Assembly: GCA_002269645.1 (NCBI GenBank)
Contig: NIVC01000608.1
Coordinates: forward strand, 373,350 to 437,349
From: Macrostomum lignano
Lineage: Eukaryota
Direction: 5' to 3'
Length of the DNA stretch: 64,000 nt
A program made the position numbers and the translations under genes. Shown piece by piece: positions 23,292 to 34,719 of the stretch. Under the pieces are notes generated by a model. It was not told where the DNA came from and did not search any database. It saw only the letters and a program-made list of their open reading frames with translations. Position 1 is the first letter of the stretch, and each line of letters opens with the position of its first letter.

Positions 23292-26200
23292 CTAATCGTC
23301 TGATTCCAAAGCCGAGTTGATTGCCGAACGCCAGGCCTCGGACAGTCGGCCGGCCAAAAGGCCGCCAGCGCAGGCGGCCAACTGGCGGCACTCGGCGTCC
23401 GGCTCGTTGTCGATTGAGTTGAAAAAATTGCCAGCCTCACTGCTACTGGCAACGGTCAACAACTCCTGGGTGAGGGCGGCCGGAGTGGCCAAGCCTAGGC
23501 AGGCGTAGCAGAACAGGGCGCCTCGGCGAACCGGCGCTTCCGGGTGGCGAACTACTACTGGAAGTAGTTCGGCTAGAGCGGACAGCATTCGGGCCTGTAA
23601 GTTATTGGTGTTTGGTAAATCTATTGATTTAAATGTGCAGTGCAGCAATGCACTGGATGGGCGAGAGGCTGGCAAAGCGGCAACGCGCCCCACTCCCGAA
23701 TCGAAGTCCCCGGGTTCGAATCCATCGAGCAGACCCACTTATTTAAGTGTTAAGATAAGGAATTTCGACTTTCTAAACATTATCAAACAATAGCCAGTTT
23801 ACGAAGAAAGAATGTGTACGAATAGAAGTCAGTAAAAAGAAATGAATCGAAAGCCGATATGTATCGTTAATAACTTTACACAATATTATAAGTGTGCGCA
23901 TAGATCTGTAAAGGTTGTAACTTAGTGTCAATAAAATATGCTGGATCATAATATTCCAGGTTTTCTGGAGAAAACCTACGCGCTTATTATGGGTAAAAGG
24001 CTGTTTTCTAATAAGCTAGTGCCTCGGCATCCAAATTAGCTATTTCTGTGTACGCTTTGTTTCCTTTTTAATCCGCATGCATGACATTAAATCCTATTTT
24101 AAACACAATTTTATTATACCTGTCCTGGCGAGTTCTCGGCGCAAAAGTACACTACGCCGAGTGTGTACAGCAGCCTGCACAGTACCGGATAATCCGGCCC
24201 AATCAGATCCAGATGTCTGGCCTGCGTGTCGAATCCGCGCGCCAGGCCGAAGAAAAACTCGCCGGCGTGTTGGCTGAAGGCGTTGACTGAGGAATCCTGC
24301 TGATGGACTGGACGGCCCCAGCGACGCGTCACCCGGCCGACGGTGGGCATCGGCGGTGATGCCACAGCGGTCACAGGCGGACTCTTCGCCCGGCTTAGAG
24401 ACAAGGCGGCAGTCTGCAGGGCTAGCAGGGCGTCCAGCCGCTGACTGGTGCAGTACTCGGGCAGGAACACCTGGCTAGCCAGGTAGGGAGCCACTGAGCC
24501 GGGATCCGAGCAGACTAGCTCAGTCAGGGCGGCCATTCGCTTTTCGGCAAAGCCTTCAACAATAGCATCGTCGCTGTCGGAGTTCAGGTTGAGCAGGGCG
24601 CTAGCCAGGTCGAGACTGAGCTCGCGAACTGCGCCCGGATGTTCGGCGATGAGCTGGCGAGCTGCGATGAGGCTGGCCCGAAGCTGGTCCCTCTCCTCCG
24701 GCGCTGTTGCTCTCAGGCCGTCCAACAGTTGACGAATGTAGCGCGGCCGATTAGCGTCAGGCGCTGGCCCGTCCGTTGCTAGGGACGCTTGAATTGGTCG
24801 AAGCTTTTCGTCGCTGTCATCGTCAGATTCGTCGTCATCAGAGTCCAATGGTTCAATGGGCGCCAATGACGCTTGCTTTTTGTCGCTTGAGTCCCCTAGC
24901 AACGGATTCTTAGAATCTTCTAGCCTTCCTGGCAACGGATTCTTAGAACCATCTGGCGTCCCTGGCAACGGATTCTTTGTACCATCTGGCGTCCCTGGCA
25001 ACGGATTCTTAGTACCACCTGGCGTCCCTGACAACAGATTCTTAGAATCATCTGGCGTCCCTAGCAACGCTTTATCAACCGGCTTGTCGATGTCATCAAC
25101 AAAGTCCAGATCGCCGTAGGCAAGCCGTTTAATCAGATTCGAGTCCGGACAGGCCGGCTGGTCAAATTTAAGCCGACGCTCGTCATCGGAGCCGCCGCCG
25201 ACGCTGCCAAGTCGCAACAAATCTGTGACCACTTCGCCAGTAGCCATGCCGATCCAGCGAAAATTGTCGGCATTGTGCTCAAAGTGAGCAGCGATGCCCG
25301 GCACCAGTATGGCTACTAGTTGATCGCGCGCCGATTTCACTTCACTGGAGTTGGTGTCGTCGGCAGACAGCAGCCTGGCGCCGACAACTAGGAACCAGGT
25401 GATGTGCCGGTGCTGCTCGATACCGTTGGAGCGGACCACTACAGGCTGAGACCAGATGCGGCCGGCCTCTAGAAGTGCCCGGCAGAATAGAGACCAGTCG
25501 GCCCAGTGCAGGTACCTTAATTTAATGTTTACAAGATTGTCTCAATAGACGGTTATAATAAAATGGTACTAGGGGTTAGGGCTGGGCAGGAAGCTCTCAG
25601 AACGGGGATAGGGTGGAGTGGGAGGGGCTCGCAGAACGGGTATAGGGTGGAGTGGGAGAGGCTCACAGAATTTGAGGAGGCTCACAGGGTGGGTATAGGG
25701 TGGAGTGGGAGAGGCTCACAGAATCTGAGGAGGCTCACAGGGTGGGTATAGGGTGGAGTGGGAGAGGCTCACAGGGTGGGTATAGGGTGGAGTGGGAGAG
25801 GCTCAGAATTTGAGGAGGCTCACAAGGTCAGTATAGGGTGGAGTGGGAGGGGCTCAGAATTTGAGGAGGCTCACAAGGTCAGTATAGGGTGGAGTGGGAG
25901 GGGCTCACAGGGTGGGTATAGGGTGGAGTGGGAGGGGCTCACAGGGTGGGTATAGGGTGGAGTGGGAGAGGCTCACAGAATCTGAGGAAGCTCACAGGAG
26001 AACACAGGTACACAATAGCTATGATGCATTATATTTAAGGTCAGCTTAAAAAATCCATAATCTAAATCTCAGCCCTAAGCTTACCTGGCAATATTCCTGG
26101 CCGGCAAACTGCGATTGAATCGCCTCACAAACAGCAACTTGTCGGTTAGCAACAAACGAGCCGTTGCGGCGGCTTCCTTAGCAACCAGATTTCGACCGAA

Positions 26201-26941
26201 ATAATGGCACAGACTATTAAAATTGGTGCAACTAGCGATAGGCCAAGTTAGCAGATTCTCCAGATGCGCCGGGTCCGCCTTGGACAGCAGGTTGGCGACT
26301 GCGCCTTCGGCCAGCGAGCCGTTCTCTACCGCCGTCCAAAATTCTGCCTGCCGGCCGTTCAAGCAGAGCAAGCCGGCCAGGCGGGCGCAGCGTCCGGCGT
26401 CGGCGCGCCTAGCCAGACAGTCGACCAGCCGGTGGCACAGCAGGCGGCTCAGCGACGGCTCGGTCAGCAGGTCAGGCGCCGGCTCCATCGAGGCGGCGAC
26501 GGTGGCCAAGCGGTTCGACACCACGGTGGACAGGTTAGCCAGCCAGCGCGACACGGCCTCGTCTTCGGCCGGGTCAGCGCCGCCGCCGCCTCCGAGGAGA
26601 AATTCGGCCGGCCGGTCGCCAGTCAAATAGCGAATCGTCAGGCGGATGACGGCGGCCAATGGCCGGCCAGACCGACAGGCTCGCCAGCGGGACAGCAGAG
26701 CCGCCAGCGACACGGCCGGGGGCAGCACGTCGATAAGGCGATCGGCAGCGTCGGACAAGCCGGACAGGCGACCGGCAGCTTCCGGACAGGCGAGCGAATC
26801 TACGATAGCTTGGAGCAGCGAGCCGCCAGCGTGGCTTAGCAGCGTTGGCCGGACGGCCGGATCGGCTAGCAGGGACTCCAGCTCGGACAGTGGGCCGGCA
26901 GGTGACGATGAATCGAGCACGCGACGGAATAGTGGATCCAT
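23292..26941 (-). CDS. TELO2: Telomere length regulation protein TEL2 homolog (TTT complex)
   Basis: Exons 26941-26085, 25515-24120, 23594-23292; phases 2, 0; 851 aa. Matches TELO2 landmarks: LDSDDDESDDD acidic CK2 motif, P.YIRQLLDGL, RELSLDLASALLNL, YLASQVF..YCTSQRLDAL, NAFSQHAGEFFFGL, EPDAECRQLA. Confidence 0.92.
23661..23733 (+). mobile_element. tRNA(Arg)-like SINE head with intact A and B boxes, TELO2 intron 2
   Basis: A box TGGCAAAGCGG, B box GGTTCGAATCC, spacing colinear with the tRNA-Arg at 40562; stems do not pair. Confidence 0.6.
24891..25070 (-). repeat. Coding 33-bp minisatellite (11-aa unit), about 5.5 copies, in TELO2 exon 2
   Basis: gcaacggattc recurs at 24899, 24932, 24965, 24998, 25031 (variant) and 25064; encodes KNPLPGTPDG(S/T). 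Confidence 0.95.
25600..25997. repeat. G-rich minisatellite (34-bp core, 50-53 bp variants), TELO2 intron 1
   Basis: Core gggtatagggtggagtgggagaggctcacagggt, with optional gaatttgaggaggctcaca insert. Confidence 0.93.
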
Positions 26942-26984
26942 GGGCTGGCGGGCTTCGGCTTTTGGACACGAGATTGGGGTGTGT

Positions 26985-27352
26985 GGCTAGGCGGAGGTTG
27001 GGATTGGTTGGTAGGCGGAGATTGAGGTGGGTGGCTAGACTGAGGTTGGGGTTACTTGGTAGGCGGAGGATGAGGTGGGTGGCTAGACGGAGGTTGGGGT
27101 TGGTTGGTAGGCGGAGGTTGAGGTGGGTGGCTAGGCGGTGGCTGGGGTTGGTGGCTAGGCAGAAGTTGAGGTGGGTGGCTAGGTGGAGGTTGGGTGGGTT
27201 GGTAGGCGGAGGCTGAGATGGGTGGCTAGGCGGAGGCTGGGGTTGGTGGCTAGGCGGAGATTGAGGTGGGTGGCTACGCGGAGGCTGGGGTTGGTGGCTA
27301 GGCGGAAGTTGAGGTGGGTGGCTAGGCGGAGGTTGGGGTGGGTTGCTTGGCG
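26985..27352. repeat. 24-bp monomer / 48-bp dimer minisatellite filling the TMEM170-TELO2 spacer
   Basis: Alternating ggctaggcggaggttggggttggt and ggtaggcggagattgaggtgggt units; about 15 monomers. Confidence 0.93.
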
Positions 27353-27390
27353 GTGGTTTAGGGCCAGAAGATGCTTCTTTTTGAAGATGG

Positions 27391-27816
27391 TCAAAGTACG
27401 GAGGTGAGCCCAGAGAAAGGCAGCACAGCCGAGACCAAATTAAGCAGGACGCCCCAGCCTGCGGCGTGATAATAAGTGAAGAAGCTGTGCCCAAGCAGGC
27501 CGGCTGAATAATAGACAAAAGCAACGCAGAGGCTGCTAACGGCGTGACCGGGGAGACTGTAGATCAGGCCGCCGGTGAATACGACAGGCGCCAGTCGGCC
27601 AACTGGGTGACCGCGCAATCGGACAGCTGCAACTGCCAGACCGATGAGGTGCAAAGCAATGGAGAGCAGGCCGGTCCACAGGAACACCGCCCACCAGATG
27701 CCAGCGTAGCTGCTGCCGCTTGTGCCAATGATGTCGTTAATTGGATCGTCTGACGGCGAAACTGCGCTATCTCCAGCAGTTAAATTCAACGCCTGAAATT
27801 GGGAAGACAAATTCAT
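27391..27816 (-). CDS. TMEM170: Transmembrane protein 170 homolog
   Basis: 141-aa ORF with three hydrophobic helices; IWWAVFLW, LRGHPVGR and SSLCVAFVYYSAG align by eye to TMEM170A MWYGVFLW, LRHHKYGR and TSAAIAGVYRAAG. Confidence 0.85.
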   Translation of the reverse strand: MNLSSQFQALNLTAGDSAVSPSDDPINDIIGTSGSSYAGIWWAVFLWTGLLSIALHLIGLAVAAVRLRGHPVGRLAPVVFTGGLIYSLPGHAVSSLCVAFVYYSAGLLGHSFFTYYHAAGWGVLLNLVSAVLPFSGLTSVL

Positions 27817-27954
27817 TTAGTTTCAAAGCCCAAATAAAAGCGAATCCCACAACAATAGATCCCTGCTTTTGTCTTAAAGGTATCGAAATTGCACTGGACA
27901 AGACTTTATAGGAACCACAACTCCTGGTTGCTATGGTACGAGTAGTCTTCCTGG

Positions 27955-29055
27955 GCCATCTTAGCAACGGCTTCTCGATGTGTTCTGGGCTGCCTTACAA
28001 ACGGTTTCTCTGTGCGTTCTGGGCTGCCTTAGCAACGGCTTCTCGATGTGCTCTGGGCTGCCTTAGAAACGGTTTCTCTGTGCGTTCTGGGCTGCCTTAG
28101 CAACGGCTTCTCGATGTGCTCTGGGCTGCCTTAGAAACGGTTTCTCTGTGCGTTCTGGGCTGCCTTAGCAACGGCTTCTCGATGTGCTCTGGGCTGCCTT
28201 AGCAACGGCTTTTCGATGTGTTCTGGGCTGCCTTAGCAACGGCTTCTCGATGTGTTCTGGGCTGCCTTAGCAACGGCTTCTCGATGTGCTCTGGGCTGCC
28301 TTAGCAACGGCTTTTCGATGTGTTCTGGGCTGCCTTAGCAACGGCTTCTCGATGTGTTCTGGGCTGCCTTAGAAACGGTTTCTCTGTGCGTTTTAGGCTG
28401 CCTTAGCAACGGCTTTTCGATGTGTTCTGGGCTGCCTTAGCAACGGCTTCTCGATGTGCTCTGGGCTGCCTTAGCAACGGCTTCTCGATGTGTTCTGGGC
28501 TGCCTTAGCAACGGCTTCTCGATGTGTTCTGGGCTGCCTTAGAAACGGTTTCTCTGTGCGTTTTAGGCTGCCTTAGCAACGGCTTTTCGATGTGTTCTGG
28601 GCTGCCTTAGCAACGGCTTCTCGATGTGTTCTGGGCTGCCTTAGAAACGGTTTCTCTGTGCGTTTTAGGCTGCCTTAGCAACGGCTTTTCGATGTGTTCT
28701 GGGCTGCCTTAGCAACGGCTTCTCGATGTGCTCTGGGCTGCCTTAGCAACGGCTTCTCGATGTGTTCTGGGCTGCCTTAGCAACGGCTTCTCGATGTGTT
28801 CTGGGCTGCCTTAGCAACGGCTTCTCGATGTGTTCTGGGCTGCCTTAGCAACGGCTTCTCGATGTGTTCTGGGCTGCCTTATTAACGGCTTCTCGATGTG
28901 TTCTGAGCTGCCTTAGCAACGGCTTCTCGATGTGTTCTGGGCTGCCTTATTAACGGCTTCTCGATGTGTTCTGGGCTGCCTTAGCAACGGCTTCTCGATG
29001 TGTTCTGGGCTGCCTTATTAACGGCTTCTCGATGTGTTCTGAGCTGCCTTAACAA
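27955..29055. repeat. 34-bp minisatellite, about 32 copies, between HINT3 and TMEM170
   Basis: Unit ctgggctgccttagcaacggcttctcgatgtgtt; a 35-bp variant (agaaacggtttctctgtgcg) recurs. Confidence 0.97.
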
Positions 29056-29396
29056 GTTCTGTGAGGTATCTGAGCAACCCTAGCAACGGCTGCTTTGAGA
29101 AATCATAGCGTCTCTACAAACACCTTTTTTCTTTATCAAAACTTCTACTCTTGTAAGACGCATATAGGGCGATTCTTAAATGGGTTTAAAATGCAACTTT
29201 CTAATCTAGTAAAAAGGTACCTCTTAAAAAAAAAAAGTCAAGACCACGAAATAAATTTAAAATACTTTATAATTTATTAGTCTATCACAGATGATAATTA
29301 ATCGATGTGCATAACTATAGACAAGAAAAGTACACAGCATGTATAACGTCACAATAATGACTGAAGACAAAATATTACAAATGTTTATCAAATATT

Positions 29397-29402
29397 TTTA
29401 TT
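29397..29402 (-). terminator. PolyA signal of HINT3
   Basis: AATAAA on the minus strand about 22 nt after the stop codon. Confidence 0.6.
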
Positions 29403-29423
29403 CACTATTATCGCCATAAATAA

Positions 29424-32400
29424 TTAGTCCGGTAGATTATTTAGATACTCCATCAGACTCGGCACCTGTGTAAAATCAATGGACAGTATTATAATTATTA
29501 ACAAACACGGCTTATTGAGGCCATATTGTCTTAACAGTTAACACTGATCGTATTTCACAAACTCACCGTGCAGAACCAATATGAATTGGGGCGAAAAATT
29601 AATCGCGACAGCCAAGTCAGTTCGGATTCTGGCCAAATCAAATGCACGTGAAAGTGCTTTACTAGACAGAAAGGCGGCCAGTGCAAACCCACCCTGCGTT
29701 GAACAGAGACAGGAGGATGCGTTCGTCATTGCATTCACATGGCTGAGGGCGATTCTCACTGCATTCACATGGCTGAGGGCGATTCTTTTTGCATTCACAT
29801 GGCTGAGGGCGATTCTCACTGCATTCACATGGCTGAGGGCGATTCTTTTTGCATTCACATGGCTGAGGGCGATTCTTACTGCATTCACATGGCTGAGGGC
29901 GATTCTTACTGCATTCACATGGCTGAGGGCGATTCTTACTGCATTCACATGGCTGAGGGCGATTCTTATTGCATTCACATGGCTGAGGGCGATTCTGATT
30001 GCATTCACATGGCAGAGGGCGATTCTTACTGCATTCACATGGCTGAGGGCGATTCTTACTGCATTCACATGGCTGAGGGCGATTCTTACTGCATTCACAT
30101 GGCTGAGGGCGATTCTTACTGCATTCACATGGCTGAGGGCGATTCTTACTGTACTCACATGGCTGAGGGCGATTCTGATTGCATTCACATGGCTGAGGGC
30201 GATTCTTATTGCATTCACATGGCTGAGGGCAATTCTTACTGCATTCACATGGCTGAGGGCGATTCTTACTGCATTCACATGGCTGAGAGTGATTCTTATT
30301 GCATTCACATGGCTGAGGGCGATTCTTATTGCATTCACATGGCTGAGGGCGATTCTTACTGCATTCACATGGCTGAGGGCGATTCTTATTGCATTCACAT
30401 GGCTGAGGGCGATTCTTACTGCATTCACATGGCTGAGGGCGATTCTTATAGCATTCACATGGCTGAGGGCGATTCTTACTGCATTCACATGGCTGATGGC
30501 GATTCTTACTGCATTCACATGGCTGAGGGCGATTCTTACTGCATTCACATGGCTGAGGGCGATTCTTATTGCATTCACATGGCTGAGGGCGATTCTTACT
30601 GCATTCACATGGCTGAGGGCGATTCTTACTGCATTCACATGGCTGAGGGCGATTCTTACTGCATTCACATGGCTGAGGGCGATTCTTACTGCATTCACAT
30701 GGCTGAGGGCGATTCTTACTGCATTCGCATGGCTGAGGGCGATTCTTACTGCATTCACATGGCTGAGGGCGATTCTTACTGCATTCACATGGCTGAGGGC
30801 GATTCTTATTGCATTCACATGGCTGAGGGCGATTCTTACTGCATTCACATGGCTGAGGGCGATTCTTATTGCATTCACATGGCTGAGGGCGATTCCTTTT
30901 GCATCGGTGTGATTGGATGTTCCTTATTATATTCAAATGCTCGGAAGTATTTTAGCTACTCAAACTTAAATGCTTAAATGCAGGAAAGACTTGAGTAAAT
31001 TTGAAATAATATAATTGGCACACCTGGTCTCTAGCCTGTTGCCACCCAGTTTCTCAATCGCTCCAAGTCCTGCCTCAACAAGTGACTCCACCAATGCAAT
31101 ATCAGATTTGGTCAGATGCTTGGCATCAGGGATGTGTTGGGCTGGACAGGCTAATAGGTGATGTTGGCTAGCTGGACGAATGTCACGAAATACCACAAGC
31201 TCATCTGTCTAAAAATTGCAATAGGATTAATAGGATTATTTTAAATTTCTAACTATGACTGATTGACTGTCCTTATAATATGCACATTGTTCTAGAGTTT
31301 CTTAGGGCTATAGCTAAAATATTTAATACAAGAGCTGTTTGCTAGGACATTTATTATCTCCATATAAATTTTTACTACCACATTGAAACTGCTCAAATTA
31401 AATTAAAAATTAAAATTCTGCTTGAAGAGCCACATTTAATGCTTCAATTGTTTTGAATAGCTTTTGGGTTATGACTCAATAAATGATGAGTTCCAAGAAA
31501 GTGTACTGCATTGATTATAAATACTATTTATATTAATCAAGTTCTATAACATTACCATTTGTACCATACCATACATGCCCAACCTCAAAATTTCACCTAT
31601 CCAGTGCAACTCAGTTTTGTTCTGATTTACGACTTAGTTTTTCCTGATTGCAGCTTAGTTTCTCCCAATAGTGACTTAGTTCCTTTTGATTGTGACTTAA
31701 ATTTCACTTTGTTATGACTTTTCTTGCCTTTTACTATTTTCTTCTCTTTCTCTCTCTCTTCTTTCTCCTTTCTTTTCCTTTTCTCTTTCTCTCCTTTCTT
31801 TCTTCCTCAAATTTTTTGTTTTTCACATTTTTTATTTTGCGACTTACCCTGGCCAGCGGCCATTTCACCCATCTGGTTTGGATGGGTGTTAGGCATGTAT
31901 GATTTGTACACTAGAAATTTCTGGCATACAAACAAAATAATCTCCTTTAAAGTTGGCACACACATTTTGGCATACCAATTCATGTCAATATTTGGGATAC
32001 AAATTTTAGAGCACAAAAAAATATTTTTTATGTCCTTTTGGCATATACAATTTTGGCATAAATTTTCCCATACATCTTGGGATGAGTAAACTATGCAATA
32101 TTATCTAACTATGCAATTATAATTATGCAATTATATAATAAATAAAAGTTTGTATAATATAAAAGTTAAATATTTCAATGATAAAATGTTTATTTCTTAA
32201 AATTTGTTGTAAAAACTAATTAAAATATGCTAAAAACTTTTAATTTAATATTGTTTTTTTATAAAGAAAATTTGGCATTTTTTGGAATTTTTTCAAAGGT
32301 TAGATAAGATATTTATCTAACAATTGATATTTGTCATTTTAGATTTTGACTTTTTCTAATTCTTTTTCAAATCTTAATTGAATCTTGATTTAAAAAGGCT

Positions 32401-32844
32401 AAGAATCTGAGATGTAAATAAAGTAGAAAATAAAGAGCCTTTTATTGGGTACTTTGCCTTTTTGACTTATTTGAATTTAATAGGCCTATCTAAATCACTT
32501 TAGTCACTTTTGTTAATCTAATAGTAGTTTCAAAATTGACAATGCAATGGAAAGTATGTAAAATCTTTAACTCATATTAGACATCAGCTTTCACAAAAAA
32601 TATAATAAATTAGTTTTTTTTCTAAGATACATACAGGATATAGAGTCCTCTAAACTATTGCTGGGAAAAATAATAAAATAGTGTTTAACTGATATGTTTA
32701 AAAAATATATGTAATAGAAAATACATATAGAAAAAATATCTATTTTAAATATCAATTTAATGACTTATACATACCGACCTTTAGTACAATTGACTGACTA
32801 TTTGGGGACTCTCCTGAAGCATATTCACAGAAAACACATGCCAT
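29424..32844 (-). CDS. HINT3: Histidine triad nucleotide-binding protein 3 (not captured by the ORF track)
   Basis: Exons 32844-32779, 31208-31024, 29693-29567, 29465-29424; phases 0, 2, 0; 139 aa: MACVFC..VFRDIRPASQHHLL..HI..VGLHWPPFCLVKHFHVHLI..IFRPNSYWFCT. HxHxHxx triad; GxHxPPF and NSYWF are HINT3-type. Confidence 0.92.
29728..30903. repeat. 30-bp minisatellite, about 39 copies, HINT3 intron 2
   Basis: Unit gcattcacatggctgagggcgattcttact; very homogeneous. Confidence 0.99.
31560..31935 (-). repeat. Dispersed repeat, copy B, in HINT3 intron 1
   Basis: Inverted homolog of 12135-12490. Confidence 0.85.
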
Positions 32845-34719
32845 TTTGTCTCGATGCGCTTATTGGCTCTTTTAGTGCTTTTATTAGGACCTATGCACAA
32901 CTCAACAGAACAGCTTCACTATTACTGTATTTTATAATAACCCAGATAAATGTTCACCATTAGCAAAAGCCTAAGCCCATATCGCAGTATACACTGTAAG
33001 CCCGAGTTGTATTTCTGGATGTTGATATGGTAGAAAGATACTTTTGACGTTTAGCTTAGCTTAGCTTAGCACTGTTTATAATATATAATATACCTACTTA
33101 TACTTAAATGCGAAAAAATCTAATTTACGCTATTATCACCTAACACGCTCACAGGCAGGCCACCAGTAAGTTACAGATGAAAAATTGTTTCTTATAAAAA
33201 TTGAAATCAATTTTTGTACTGGAATACTTATCTCGTAACGAAACAAACTTAATATCAAAATTTTTTTATAAAAATATAAGAAACTAAATAGTGTCATATA
33301 AGACTTTAATTCTGGTTATTGCATTGCCAGCCAAACAAAAAAGTTTTTATTTAGATTTTCATTTTGCGTTACATGTCAGAAGACAATGCTGGAGTAAAAC
33401 ATTATGGCTTTGGCATCGTAAAAACAGTTTAGCTTTAACAATGAAAAGGAAATACAGCTTCTGATTCTGAAGGTTCCTACACAAGCTGACCGACATATAC
33501 TATACTCCACCTTACTTAGAGAGAGATCTATAGAGCGCGATTACATGTACATGTACATCGATTTCATAGCTGCATACACACTGCAGTGTGACTGTACACC
33601 TATAACTGTATAGTCTGAGACTGAAATGCAAATGTAATTTATTATTTAATGGAAATACACGTTAAAGTAAATGTAGAGAGCCAGGAAAAGTCGGTTCCAT
33701 ATTTTTACTGCATGGATATATGTACTGCATGAAAAAATATCAGAGGGACTAAAGAGTATTTGTACATGTACATGTAGTCCCTATGAATGGTGAGGAAAAC
33801 CTATACATATGCGGTTCAGATGCTGAACCCGCCGAGATTCGGAAAATACATGTAGAAGCAGAAACCATGCTCGTAGTTCTCGGCCGATTATTACACAACC
33901 TAAATCAAAAAACAAAACAATTCACATTTGTGCTCAGACAATAGTTTATTACTGTATTTACAGCACAGAGTACTAGATCCAATTGTATATGTTCTTTCTG
34001 TACATGTTTTCGCGTGCTAATGTCTTAAGATTTAAAAAAATCCAATTGTGTAAATTTTTAAATAATAACTAGCTATTTTCTCGTTTATGGTATTATACAT
34101 GTATATGGTGTACAAAGTACATATTAACTCCATAGTAAATTTTGTTAAACTAAATTTATCTTGACACAATTAGCAAAGGCGCTGATTTAAAAGATATCGC
34201 GTGCACTTCTGCAGATAACTAATATTTATCGAGAAAAAATAAGTTGGTATTATAGTGTATGATAAGAAGCGAGGCGTATAAAAATTACAAGTTCAGATTC
34301 ATAATTCCATCAAGGCTTGCAAGAACTACAAAAGCATGTATGTTTATGTAATTTTTGGATTTGCTTTAATTCCATTATCAGGCTTTTATACTATAAGCGA
34401 TTCTAAAAATTTTAAGATGCTTTTATTTAACAATTCTGACCAGCGGGGGTTCTATAGTTTTTATTGATTGGTTAATTATCAATAATTTACGAAAATACTT
34501 TCTTACTTTCACTTTTTTGTCATTGACGAGAGCTACATGTTGCAAATTCAAAGTGACATATTCGATCTGTCTGAAGTTCGAAGAGTGACTCAATCTAGGA
34601 CAGAGTGACCCACCCAGTTCACCACATAAAGCGACCCAGTTCAGGAAATACTGACCCAGTCCACTTCGAGTAACCCACGAGTAACTCACGAGTAACCCAA
34701 TTCTTCACAAAAGACTGAC

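Noticed and set aside
25570-25997. Telomere-like TAGGG repeats inside TELO2
   Set aside because: Only one true TTAGGG; the rest is an unrelated 34-bp unit.
29538-30977. Four 412-446 aa ORFs on both strands
   Set aside because: Translations of a stop-free 30-bp array lying inside HINT3 intron 2.
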